This document shows, piece by piece, positions 1-12,300 of a stretch of 64,000 nucleotides of DNA. The first letter of the stretch is position 1, and each line of letters begins with the position of its first letter. Position numbers and translations under genes: made by a program. The DNA is taken from assembly GCF_009834535.1 (NCBI RefSeq), contig NC_045696.1, positions 70,682,001 through 70,746,000 on the forward strand, read 5' to 3'. The DNA comes from Camelus ferus. Lineage: Eukaryota. The notes under the pieces were generated by a model. The model saw only the letters and a list, made by a program, of their open reading frames with translations, was not told the DNA's origin and ran no database searches.

Positions 1-1202
1 GGGGGTAAAAAAAAAAAAACACCACTATTTTTTCCCTTCCAAGGAAGGCTGTCCACTCATTTTTGTTTTGTCTGATTCAAAACTGACTGATGTAATTCCC
101 TTCTGCTCTGACAAATAGGGACCCTCAGCAAAGAAGGAAACAGAGCCAAAGTGAAAAGAGAAAGGGTCAGAGGCTTTCTGGAGATTTATGAAGTCTTCAC
201 TAGAGCATAGGCAGCTGGACAGTTCTCTCCTACGTTTGGGCTTTGAGTTTCAGGAAAACACAAGGACTCTGAGACGTGCCTTCACTTGAGTCATTTGGGT
301 GGAGTTGGTGTTTTTATCTGTGATATCTTCCTACTTTCCCTCTCCTTTGAGCTGAGAGCTGTGTGCGGGGAGTGAGAGTGCTTGCTTTCTTCTGCCTTTG
401 GGTCTAGGACCCTGGGGCAAAATACAAAGAGATGATCCTTCATTCTTCTCCAAGCCCATTCTCACTCCTTCCCCGCACCCCCTCCTCCTCCTGGGTTTGG
501 GGTTTTACTTCATTTTGAATTAGTGATCATCTTGAGGGAGAAACGTGTAGGAAATTGATAGACTAGATCGAAATACAACATAAATACTTCAACTCTACAA
601 ATTAACACAGGCCCACAAGCCTAGACCTGAATCAGACCACAAGCAAATAAGAATTTGCCTAATAATAGAAAATAATAATAGTAATAAGTAAGGCCTATGG
701 CCTTTAACATGCAGCTGTGGTCTGCCAGAAACTGGATTGGTGTGACTGAAAGGTAAATTTTAAAGTGAAGTACTCCATCCAGACAAACTGCAGGGGTTGG
801 TTTGTTTATGTATTCCCTTAATGTATATGACTAAAAACAGATTCCATTTACTTTACCTTCTTTTTTGTGACTTAACTGAACAAGGGTCTCAATCTCCTAA
901 ATTAATGGAAATGTTGGCTCCATACAGATAAGTGGTTTCCATCCTTTTGAGGGTGGCCAGCCCCTGTTTGGGCTCAGACCTTACTGGGTACAGTGCCTGA
1001 TGCTGGGAGTGTCCAGCACCCCCCAGCCAGGCCAAGCAGGGAGGCCAGCTGGGGTGGTCCACCTAGTGGGGCTCCAGTGAGCTGAGGCAAGCAGCAGGAG
1101 TGCCTCTTACACTGACTGCAGGCCCTTCGAGTGGAAGGGATGAAACTACTGAGCTGAGAGTGGGCCATGTGTGTCCAGTCCAGTAGACTGATGAAGCAGA
1201 TC

Positions 1203-1470
1203 TGTTATAGACTGAAGGTCAATGTCTCTCCCCCACCATTCATATGTTGAAATCAAATCCCCAGTGTGATGGTATCTGGAGGTGGGGGCTTTGGGAGGTG
1301 ACTGGGTCAGAGGATGGAGCCCTCATAAGTGGGATTTCTGCCCTTCTAAAAGAGACCCCAACCACAGAGAAAAAGAATGCGACAATGAATTTATGTATGT
1401 TCATATATAACCGAAAAATTGTGCTCGACACTGGAAATGGACACAACATCGTAAACTGAATATAACTCAA

Positions 1471-1526
<56 letters not shown>

Positions 1527-1743
1527 ATGAGACCCAGCGATCTCTCACCCCTTCTGCCACGTGGGGACACAGCAAGATGACAACAGTCTCTGAACTAGGA
1601 AACAGGATCTCACCAGAGGCCAGATCAGTGGGCACTTTGATCTTGGACTTCCCAACCTCCAGAAGTATAAGAAATAAATGTTTGCTATAGAAGCTACCCA
1701 GTCTCTGGTGTTTTTGTTATAGCAGCCTCAGTGGGCTAAGCCA
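1203..1743 (+). mobile_element. MLT1A-type (ERVL-MaLR) solo LTR, interrupted by an L1 tail
   Basis: Starts TGTTATAGACTGAA; contains CATATGTTGAAATC, GGTGGGGGCTTTGGGAGGTG, TTGATCTTGGACTTCCCAACCTCCAGAA and AGAAATAAATG; ends TTGTTATAGCAGCC...CTAAGCCA. Confidence 0.85.
1361..1527 (+). mobile_element. Young, heavily 5'-truncated L1 3' end with (AAAT)n tail
   Basis: L1 terminus ACACAACATCGTAAACTGAATATAACTCAAT followed by (AAAT)n at 1473-1528; flanked by approximate TSD AGAGACCCCA / TGAGACCCA. Confidence 0.8.
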
Positions 1744-2589
1744 GAATCCCCGTGCACTGTGGGAGCAAGGGTCTGAGGTGAGCATCAGAGATGGGGCGTG
1801 AAGCAGGGAGGCAGAGGGCTGTGGATGTTCTCCCATAACGAGGCCCTTAGCCTCAAGCAGCATGCCTCTGCCTGGGCCACAGCAGCCACATTAAAAACCC
1901 TGTCTGCCCATCAGTTCAGCGTCTATTTCTCTGTCTGCCCCAGACATCGGCTCCCACTTGGTCCCAGGCTCTCTCCCAGTTCAGTTTTCCTGGCTTGTCC
2001 TATCTGAACCTGGCAACCTGGTTCCAGTTCTACTTCATGACTGTCTTGGAAATCCCACAAGTCTCAGCCACCAATAATTACCCACTAGGCACCAAAATCT
2101 ACCTCAGTGCCTGCAGCTGCATCCAACTCAGGTGCCGGGGACCCCACAGCGTGCCAGACTGCCAGAGGGGGGGAGGTGCAGGCAGAGCAGAGCACGTGGA
2201 CAAGAAGAGGTGGGAACTAGAGAATAAAAAGCCTGTGTCAAAATGGGCAAGGAGAAGAACAGTTTGGGAGAATATTAGAAAGAGAGTTAAAAATACACTC
2301 CTGTGGTGCGTGATATGAGTGGGCTGGTGAACAAGATTGCAACGTTAAATTGATTTCCAACACTCTTTGGCATAAACAGAGACCCCCCTGCAGTGAACCT
2401 CAATGATGTAGCCTCAGTTTGATTCTTTTGGCTTTTAGGTGTGACCTCTAAGGAATGACAGAAGAGAATGGCTGTTTTGGCTGAGAAAAATTTATTCAAA
2501 CTCCACACAGTGTACTAAAGCTCCTCTTTTTTTTTGTTGTTAGCTCTGTCTTTGCTCCAAGAATGTCCTCTTTTTTTATTTCTGGAGAT

Positions 2590-2786
2590 TTTTTTTTTAA
2601 ATGCAAAGAATTTATTTAAAAATGAAAAGGAGAAGAATGAGTAAACTTTATTTTTTTTATTGATTTATAATCATTTTACAATGTTGTGTCAAATTCCAGT
2701 GTAGAGCACAATTTTTCAGTTATACATGAACATACATATATTCATTGTCAAATTGTTTTCTCTGTGAGCTACCATAAGATCTTGTA
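2590..2786 (-). mobile_element. Young L1 3' end plus 3'-transduced tag
   Basis: Reverse complement of the same L1 tail family as 1361-1470; perfect 13-bp TSD TATTTCTGGAGAT at 2577-2589 and 2787-2799. Confidence 0.85.
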
Positions 2787-3199
2787 TATTTCTGGAGATA
2801 TTAATGCTTACAGCAATCACCTGGCTTTTTCTGGTCAGGGAGTCCCATTTGTCTCCTCACAGGGGGCCTTGTTTCTATCTCATAACATCCTTCATTTCAA
2901 CTCTCAGTACTTGTCAGCAGAGGGTATATAAGAAACAATTAGATCTATGAACCAAGCTATCAATATTTGCCTTCCTGCCTCGTTATGGCTCACAGGCTCT
3001 GACGCAGAAGTGATGCTGAACGAGTCTTTTACCCAGTTATCCAGACACAGTCCCAAAAAGTACACAACCCTAGTCACTCCTATTGATCCAAAAAGAAAAT
3101 GTCTTTTTGGAATCACTCTAACTTTGCCTCATCTTCCTCCACAAATCTAACCTTGGAAATTTTCCTGTTCAGCTTAAAAAAAAAAAAATTGATGACAGC

Positions 3200-4090
3200 C
3201 TGAATGGGAACACAGGTAGTATATTTATCAAAATTTCAGGTGATACAAAATCAGGTAGGGAATCACTAAATAGGGTAAAAGGGTAAGGTCCCAAGTCAAC
3301 CTTGATAGGTTGGACAAGGAACTGAATTTAACAAGATGAAATGTACTACCCTTGGGCTCAAACAAAAACAAAAAACCAGCACAACAATACAGTTTCAGAA
3401 TTTGGAAGATGGACTTGAAAGAGCTACACATGGATTGCAAGCTCAATATGAGTCAAAGGTATAATGTGACTCTCAAAGCACCTAAGGTGAGCGTAGGCTG
3501 CGATATTGGAAGTGCAGAGCACACAAGAAGGAGGTGAAGGAGATGATCCCATTCTTAGCACTCCTGGACCACATCTGATGTGTCCTTTTTCCTTCTGACA
3601 CCACTCTAGAATGAATGCTGACAAACTATCATGCATCAGAGGGGTGGGAACAGGAAGATGGAAAATCTGGAAAATTGTAACAAATGAGGACCACAAAAGA
3701 ACTCAGGGAGTTTAACCCCAAAGAGGAAAAAGATTGAAGGGGGCATGAAAGCTGTTTGCAAGTACTTCAAGGGCTATTTCCTATATAAAAGAGATACAAC
3801 TTTTTATTTTGTCCCCCAGTTCTAGAGGACAAAAGTAGGTTCATGAGAATAAGTCACAGGGAGCTAAATTTCAGTCCAGACCAAGGAAGAACTTTCTTTT
3901 TTTAACTGAGAACTGTGCAAAGCTAGAATGATCTGCCTGTTGAGGTAATGAGTTCCCCATCACTAGAGGTATTCAGATAAAAGCTGGAGGATCACACATG
4001 AGGGATGCTGCAGAGAGAATTCTTGTATTCATCAGAGGGTTAGATCAGATGACCTTTAAGAATGCCTTCAACTTACAGATATTCTGATCC
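3200..4090 (+). mobile_element. L3/CR1 LINE 3' fragment (ancient)
   Basis: CR1-type motifs AAGCTCAATATGAGTCA, GCTGTTTGCAAGTACTTCAAGGGCT, AGGAAGAACTTTC, TGAGTTCCCCATCACTAGAGGTATTC; terminus TAGATCAGATGACCTTTAAG...ATTCTGAT. Confidence 0.8.
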
Positions 4091-4214
4091 TGGGGATTGC
4101 TATTATAACTTATTATACTATTCGTTATATATCTAAATCCCTTTGGTAAAATAATAAAGCTGCTGAATTTTGGAAATATTTCCCAGTTCTTTTCATACTC
4201 AGTTTTAATTTCAG

Positions 4215-4448
4215 GTAAAGAGCACAGACTCTGAAGACAACTGCCTGGGTTCAAATCTGGCTCTGTTACTTATTAGCTGTGTGACCTTGGGCAAGTCACT
4301 TAACCTCTCTGGGCCTCAATTTCCTCATCTATGAAATAGGGATAATAGTATCTGCCTCATAGGGATGTTATGAGGATAAAATAAATTAGTATTTGAGAAG
4401 CACTCAGAACACTGCCAGCATATAGTAAGTATTATAAATATGTCATTA
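4215..4448 (+). mobile_element. MIR SINE, near full length. Representative copy; other MIR fragments lie near 5290, 5830, 7540, 9030, 12630, 12990, 13730, 17890, 26530, 28740, 30200, 30980-31530, 38190, 42920, 48200, 48870, 50620 and 61140
   Basis: Core GCTGTGTGACCTTGGGCAAGTCACTTAACCTCTCTGGGCCTCAATTTCCTCATCTATGAAATAGGGATAATA. Confidence 0.9.
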
Positions 4449-6029
4449 AATTAAAAATAATGTAAAATGGCTGAAAACAAAGAATGGGAATGGTCTCAAA
4501 TTTAACAAATGGTTCAAGGATGTCCTTCTCCTTTACCAACTCATCACTAGCAGCTCTGGCTCTAAAATAGCCAAGAACCCAGAGGCCAGGTGGTTGCGGG
4601 GGGGTGGGGGGTGGGGGGGTGGAAGGGCAGGAGAAGAATGCTAAAATCACACAGGCTCCCTAAGCTCTCAGGGGGGAAGCAAAAGCTTCCTGCTATTGGT
4701 TTACCATAACCTCTGAAAAGGGCTATGTGTTTAATGACACCAGCTTATCCCTACCTCCCCCACCCCTCCTCTCTCTTCTTGGAGTTGCTAGGAGGCCAGG
4801 GGTGTGCTGCATTGTAATAAAGCAGCTTCGGGGGAGGGTGGGGGGCCGGAGCCTGTTAGATATACAGTGTCTGTCCGCGGGAGCTTAATATCCTCTTACT
4901 GGAATAACTATTGTCCCAGCTTCTCAACAAATACCAACCATCATTAATAAAAGGACTAATAAAAGCATTTATTGCATTCAAGCAATGACCTCGCTTTTTC
5001 TAGCTCCAGGGCCTTGGCAGAGGCAGCTGTTGAGGATAAGGGCTAGAAAAGTAAGACTCCCACTGCAACCAAGAGATCAGACCCTGCCTCCAAGCCCCGA
5101 CCCGACCCAGCACCCTCCCCAAGCGCTGGGCAGCCCACGCAGCGGGAGACTGGGGCAAGGAGATAATGCATCATTGAGGCATCAGACTTCTGGGTCCTTT
5201 TTAACGGTAAATACTTAAAGAAAAAAAAATGATGCTTAATGAAAAAAATGGTCTTATGATGTTCTTTCAAGAGGCTTAAAGCACTTCATTTTGCAAGATT
5301 ATTATCCCCATTTTACTGAGGGGAAAATGGAGGTACAGAGGGATTTAGAGGCTCACTCAGCCATGTGATGTGTGGCATCCCTGCCAGAACTAAGACTAGA
5401 ATCCAATGTTCCTGACTCCCAAATCCAGGAGCATTTTGACATTTTTAAAAGGGCGAGGCTATGTCTATCTCCGTCCAGCCTCCAACGGGGGATCAGTGAG
5501 TGCTGTGATCATCATCATTGCTTCTCTAAATTATTATTGTTGTTATTATAATAACTAGTGGGTAGAGTTGAGTGGGTGGTGGATACCAGATAATTACTAA
5601 GACCCCAAAATTAAAGTGTTGAGTCTTAACTTTTCCACGGCGGCTCAGAGATGAAAATGAAAGCTGGCCTCCAAGGAGCCCTGGGAAGAGCTCTAATCTT
5701 GAGATAGCCTGAGTCCAGGAGGGGAAGGCAGTGGGGAAAGGCCAGGCCCTAAGGCCTAGGAAGCCAGCCTTGGAGATCCTGAGATTCTTGACTGTGGACG
5801 ACATGGATACATAGGAGGCTGAGAAGGCACAGTCAAACCAGTTGGGTTTAAATCTTGGCTCTGCCATTCCTTTGCTATGTGACCATGGGAAGTAACCTAA
5901 CCTCTCTGAACTTCAGGTTCCTCATCTGTAAAATGGGGATAATAATCACCCCTACCCCCTAGGGCTGTTGTAAGTAAGGATTAGAGGAAAGGCTGTGAGA
6001 AGTCGAAAGAGGGAGAGAGAGCGAGCGAG

Positions 6030-6075
6030 AAAGGAAAGAAGGAAGGAAGGAAAGAAGGAAGGAAGGAAGGAAGAC
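6030..6075. repeat. (GGAA)n-rich microsatellite
   Basis: Directly visible. Confidence 0.85.
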
Positions 6076-6868
6076 AGACAGACACAACAGCAAGAAAAAA
6101 TATTGTTTCCAGCTTTGAGCCTAGAGCTCGCCATTGAGGAAGACCAGTAATTGCGGGCCTGCGTGACTCTCCTGACATCAGGATGACATTAGGAAGCAGA
6201 GTCTTTTTCTCAGGACTACCTGGGTTCAGTGAAGAATAACTTTGGCCTCAGTTTCCCCCCTATTTAAGGCAGGGCAACAAAACCTCCTTCCTCAGCTCCT
6301 CTCTGCCCCTGAGGGTTGTCAGATGGATGGAGGAGAGATACCATCCTGGGAGGAAAGGTGGGCGTTAATAACAGCACCCTGGATCTCTATTATTATTGTC
6401 ATTATTCTGGCTCTGTCCAGTAAGCAGCGGGGACCCAGGTGACTCACTGTCTACACGCCACAATCCTGGTTCGCCTGTTGGAACTTGCCTGCCTGCCAGG
6501 ATTCCTCCACCTAAGAGGCTTCTGCCTCTTTCCCAGCTCCTATTTTATTGGTAGCTCAAGGCCCTCCATCACCAGATGGGATGGGGGCGTGAGGGGGACA
6601 TTTGGGAACAGAGTGCCCAGCAGAGGGTCTGGGACTCCTGCACCACTGGCTGCAGCCCTGCCTCACATCAGCAGCCACAGAGTGAGCCCAGGGTATGGGG
6701 GAGGGGACCTGGGACCTCTGGAGGTTGTAAGGTTCAGACTGACCACTCCTGGAGAGATCTCCTGATTCCTTCGGAGGAGCCCTGAGGATGGCAGGGGCCA
6801 GGGAGAGAGGGGTTTGAGAGAGAGAGGGTTCAGACCTGGGACAAAGCTGTCCCTGCGGCAGCCCTTGT

Positions 6869-6896
6869 GGGTGGGGTGGGGTGGGGTGGGGTGGGG
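6869..6896 (+). repeat. (GGGGT)n tract with G-quadruplex-forming potential
   Basis: Six G-runs of 3-4 separated by single T. Confidence 0.8.
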
Positions 6897-7889
6897 CTGA
6901 TGATGTGAAGGGCAAGTCCCTACCCACCTCCTGGGGGCCTGCTCTGGATGGCAGAGGCCTAGCCTAAGGAACTGCCTGGAAGCTGGGTGGCATCAAAGGA
7001 TGGTTCTTAAACTCTGTATCTCAAACACCTGGGTTGGAAAATCTCAACCACTGCTGTGGGTAGGGAAAGGGAACTGGGGTGCTTCTGACAGCCATGAAGC
7101 TCCCCTCGCCACCCCCCACCCCCCGCCTCCCAAGCACTCTATAAATGTGATCTGAACATCTGTGACTCAGCCGCACACACCCCTGCAGTTTCGTGGTGAG
7201 GACACAGCTAATCATAGCTGGTGTTCGGGGAGGAAGAGGGATTTTGCCACAAGCTCCATGACAGACTGACTCCCTCCTTCTCCAGGATGGCAAAGTGGGT
7301 ATGACTGGCCGCCAGTTTGGCAAGTAGGAGTTTCTGCCTCTCTGGGGACTGTTCCTGCCTGGGGGAAGAACACACCTCAAGAAGGGCCACTAAGGTCGAA
7401 GTTAGTTCCCTGGTTTCTGATCACCAGAAAGATCAGAGCTGGAATCCCCTAAGATCTACTGGTGATATTTGCCTTCAGTTTTGATTTGGTTTGTTTTCAT
7501 TGGAGCTGGAAGGGACCCAATTATAGGACATCTAGCTATGTTCATCACTCTAGGTGAGGAAACTGAGGTCTAGAGAGGCTGACGTGGCTTATCCAAGGTA
7601 AGCTGGGGCAGTAGGTGGATGCAGGGCTGCAGCCCTGACTCCAGATTCAGTGTTCCTTCTATGGACTCTTCTAGGTCCATTTTGAGTCCCAGAGAAACAA
7701 CAGCAAAGTCAGCTGCCATTCACTGGGAGTTTAACACATGCCAGTTACTAGATTAGGCAGTACGCACGTTACATCAGGCTGGGAATACAGATGAGGTGTT
7801 CAAACATCAGAGAAGTGGTTCACTTAGATCAACTGTATGTTTTCTTCCAGGTCTGAGGCATGATGATTCTGCGGCACGTATTTTCAAAT

Positions 7890-8320
7890 TCAGCTGCTTT
7901 ATCAGTTGACAGCATTTTCTATATGCCAGCTCTCGACTGGGTACTGGGAATCCAGAGATAAAACAGGACAGGGCTCCTGACAGTGCACTGGAAACAATGA
8001 TTTACTAGAGTTATAGAAAAAGGGTCAGCGACACAATAAAAAGGAGTATCCTGGGGAGACAGAGAAGGCTTCATGATACATTTAGCCAGGGCTTTGAAGG
8101 GTGAGTAAGAGTTTGCTCCGTGGGGCTATGAATGGGAGAGATGAAATGCACACAGGAAAAATAACATGTGGAAGAGCTGTAGAGTAAAAGTGTTATGTGT
8201 GTTTGGAAACATCAAAGTTTGAGACAAAGTGGAGAGATGAAAGGGAGGATGGGAGATGACACTACAGAGATGAGTTGAGGCCAGCCTGAGGAAGGTCTTA
8301 ACGCCAGGCTAAGGAGGGCA
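7890..8320 (-). mobile_element. L2 LINE fragment
   Basis: TATATGCCAG...GGTACTGGGAATCCAGAGATAAAACAGGAC...CCAGGGCTTTGAAGG...GCCAGGCTAAGGAG, typical of antisense L2. Confidence 0.65.
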
Positions 8321-9164
8321 CCATTCAAGAGTTCTGGCCTTGGAGGTCTGCTTGGGAAGGACTCTGAGATTCCCATTCCTAGGTTATGTACATATATTCC
8401 ACCTCTGATTTGGTCTGTCTCCCCCTTCCCCTGCCCACCTTCCTATCGGCCTGGGCACCTGTGAGTGTGTTTGTCCGCCTGGAGTGCTAATTAGGCCCTC
8501 TGGGGAGTCTGACGCCAACTGCCAGCTGTGGTCACAGCCTCTAGCTCTTCGCCTCTGCACAGGAACTTTCTCCGTGCTTCTCTGGTGTTCCCCTCATGAC
8601 TGGGTGTTAGTGGAGTTTTTACCGCATGGCATTCTGCTTGGTCAGGCTTTGTTGGGTGGCCCATTCAGCGGGGCATGTGTGGAATGCCCAGCTGGGCCCA
8701 TGGAACCACAACAGCTCCTTCCCTGTCCCTCTTCTGGTCCCAGCTCCTGGCCCACCTCAAACGAAGCTCTGCCCCCATCAGAACTACCCCCCCACCGCCA
8801 CCAACTCTCAACCCAGGTGTTTTCAACACTCCTTTTAGAACAGTTTGCCTCCCCTGCCTCCTCCTGGCTGGCTTTTCAGCCCACCCTGCCTGGAATACAG
8901 TGGCATTCTTACTTAGTTCTTTCAAAGCTGAGAAAAGGAGATCCTCATGCCCATCTGCATTTTCATTTTTGAACTCAGGTAATCATCCCAAAGAAGGCTT
9001 CCTGACAGAGAGGGCAGAAGGTGCATTTTGGAGCCTGACAGGCTTGAACCCTGGCTGTGTGAGCTTTGACAAATCACTTCACTTGTCTGAGCTCCAGTTT
9101 CCTCATCTGTAAAATGGGGACATCAGCCCTTATCACACAGGGATTCAAAGAGATAACATGAAGA

Positions 9165-9308
9165 GGGAGGGTATAGCTCAGTGGTAGAGTGCATGCTTAG
9201 CATGCATGAGGTCCTGGGTTCATACATGAGGTCCCTGGTACCTCCACTTGAAATAATAATAAATAAATAAACTGAATTACCTCCCCCGCAAAAAAATTTT
9301 TAAAAAAA
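9165..9308 (+). mobile_element. Camelid tRNA-Ala-derived SINE (Vic-1-like)
   Basis: GGGAGGGTATAGCTCAGTGGTAGAGTGCATGCTTAGCATGCATGAGGTCCTGGGTTCA, A-rich linker, AATTACCTCCCCC and A tail; inserted in a MIR. Confidence 0.9.
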
Positions 9309-12300
9309 TCTTGAAGACGAGAGATACCACGCAGGACGCCAATCACAGAAGGGCTGAGAGACCCAAGCAGAAAAGGACACATTCTTTTGCTTCCTCTTAG
9401 AACGAGTACCTTTAGCTTCTAGAACCTAAAAGAACATAAACCAAACGGAATGCATTCAGTCAGGGCTTCGAGTTGTTGCAACTGACTCAGTAGTGAAATG
9501 GAATAGAGCCCATCCTCCAAAAGGCTCCCCAGGCTTCTGCCAACCAGAAGAAGATGTATCCTTCCTGCTCCAGAGGAATGAAGGACTCAAGCCAAAGCCG
9601 TGCTCCGAGGCCTGCAGAAGGTGACTCCCATGCTGACCTCGGCCGGGCCAGTAAGCCCCACAGTTTCATGGTTCTGCCTGGGCTGCGGGCTACGGGGCTG
9701 GTTGGTGGAGTTGGCTTAGAGAAGGCTATTTTGTATTTGGCTTTTGGAATGACTAATGAATGAGCTGTCTCCAGGCAGGAGAATTATGCCACTTAAGCAA
9801 AACCCAGCCGGGCTGGTCGGCTCAGAGATAGCTAATAGGAAATGCCTGTCAGAACACTGACGCTTCAAAGCCAAATATATTCTCACTGTGTTCTCTGTTT
9901 GCTAAGTTTACTTTATGCAAAATATAACTCAGCTGAAAATATGTAGACGGCAGAGAGCTCGCTCCTTCTCTCGGAAGGAATGGTGACGACAGGGAGGAGG
10001 AGGGCAGCTTCCAGTTAACCCTCCTGGTCCTCCCAGGCTGAGGACGACCAGGCCCTCACTTGACCAAAGAGCATCTTCTACTTGGTAGAAAGTCTGTGCC
10101 ACTAATGGGACCACAGTCCTCAAAATAGAGGCAACTGCCCTCCCACTCAGCTTCCGAACAATGGGAGCAGAGGGAGCGTGGGCAATGGTGAACACTAGTG
10201 GGCTAGCCTGTCATTTGAGGAAGCTGCAGGGGCCAACAGGGCCCAGGTGAGCACCTGTGATTTTTGCCCTGTGGTAGTCTTATCCACCAGTCCCCACTCC
10301 CCAGAGGTGAGGCACAATGTCCTCTGACCAAGAAGCAACTGAGAAAAGTCAGCTGACCTCCTGAATCCCAAACTGGGTGGCAGCACCCTGGTAACTGAGT
10401 TGATGCTGAAGCAATGTGACCTGTGGGAAGAGCACTGGACAGGGAGTCAGGGGCTTATGCCTCTTCTGCCCCAAGTGACCCTGTGGGAAACACTCATCTC
10501 TTTGGGCCTTGGCTTCCCCATCTATAAACGGAGAGATTGGACCAGCTTAGCAATTCCTGGGGTCACATTGACCTACAACTGTCTATCACACATGATTGAA
10601 TGGAGGCAGGAGTGTGGAAATAGGAACTGCTTCTCAATTCCCTGACCCTCTCCCTCTCTCCAGGACTGCCCGGGGTTGCCATGAGAGGCTGGATATAAAT
10701 ATGGGATCATTATTCTAGAAATACCTGAGATTTCTCAACACCTGAAGTGGGAAAGGTCCCCTGAAGCCATGACAGGGACATCAATGTGAGCAGGTACCCT
10801 GCTGAGGAGGAGCAAAGAGACAGGGACTCCTACAGCCTCTGACTTGGAAACACCTCACTGCCCTATGGCCACAGTCACCGAGCCGCTGGGCAGCAGCTCA
10901 GCCCCTCTTCCCCAACACCCTTCCCAGAGAAGGGGTCTGGCCTTCCTCAGGGAAGCCATTTGGGCTTATTCCTTTGGGATCGCAGCAATAGCTGGGCCTA
11001 AGAATCCTGGTGCTTCCTAGAAGGACCTGGAGAACAGACAGCACCCCCAGTGTGCCAGGCAGGGTGGGATGCAGACAGGAAGCAGATACAGCTCTGCTCT
11101 CAAAGACCACACCACCCCCCACCGTTTCATTACAAATTGGGCACAGAGGAAACAAGAATGCCGGAGGGTTAGTCACAGGCTGCAGGCTGACAATAGAAGC
11201 TCAGAGAGGCAGAGCCTTGGACAAGCTGCTGAATGCCTCTGAGCCTTGGTCCTCATCTGTAAAATGGGATAATGATTACCTGCCCTAGAGGACCAGACAA
11301 GATGCATCTAAGTACCTAATACACCACCTGGCACGTTTTAATTATTTAATAAAAGGGAGCTATCACTGTTTATTGCTGCAGCTTAGAGAAGAGCTGCTCG
11401 GCAGAATGGGTTCCAGGTGAGCGGAGACTCATCCATCCCTTTAGCCCCTGGGGCCCAGCCTGGGGTGTCTGGACCTCCTGGCAGGCTCTTCCTTGGCTGC
11501 CAGCCATCACTCCACTTACCCCTGTTTTCCCTTTCTCTGTGTGCAAAAGAACATTGGAAAGCCCTGGCTTACGGTCCTCAGAGTTGGAGCTGGCTTCAGA
11601 GCACGCGAAGCCTTTGGTGAGGTGGGAAGAGGGGAGGAGGTCTGCTTGTAGTAGGACTCAAATAGAACAGAAAAACCAGGCACAAAAGGTGCGGGTGTGG
11701 GACCGGGGGTCTGGGGAGCAGGGGAACCTGAGCGGTCTTAGTGCCTCCTGCTATGTCTTACCAGCATTTATGCTTAGTTGAGTGATTGATTCTGCTCTAA
11801 GTGGAGCAGAGTCCAAGTTGGGAGATGTTGGGACAGGCTGGATAATGTCCCATCAAGTGGGGTGAGAGAGGTGGCTGGTCAAGGTTGCAAGACAGGACCT
11901 GGGGCTCGTGGGGACACATTGAGGCTTGGGAACATGCACTCCTCAGGGGTCAGAGACAAGAGGCGGGAGTCAGTGCAGATAGACTCAGGCAGGCATCGAA
12001 TGGCAGGACAGAGCAGAACCATCTGGCAGGTCAGCAAGGAGCTGGGGAGCCAGTAAGAAGCATTAGCCACAGCACCAAGAAGGTCCCGAGCCAGGCTCGG
12101 CCAAGCACAGGGACTGTTCCCAGAATGTGGAGGTCCTAGGGCCACAGAGAAGAGACTGTCACTGGAGGAGAGAAGCAGGGGAGCTTCATGATGCCCGGGG
12201 AGCCAGGCAGAGGAGTTGAGACTCACATGGGCCACCTTAGAAACCCATGAAGACACAAGGGCAGGGTGTCATAGCCCATCAGGCTTGTGGCAGGTTGGCG

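Noticed and set aside
9165..9245. tRNA-Ala-like sequences here and at 22255, 30680, 38299 and 52264 as tRNA genes
   Set aside because: They have degenerate stems and A-rich tails; four of five share a non-tRNA 3' segment and four of five have clear TSDs. They are SINEs.
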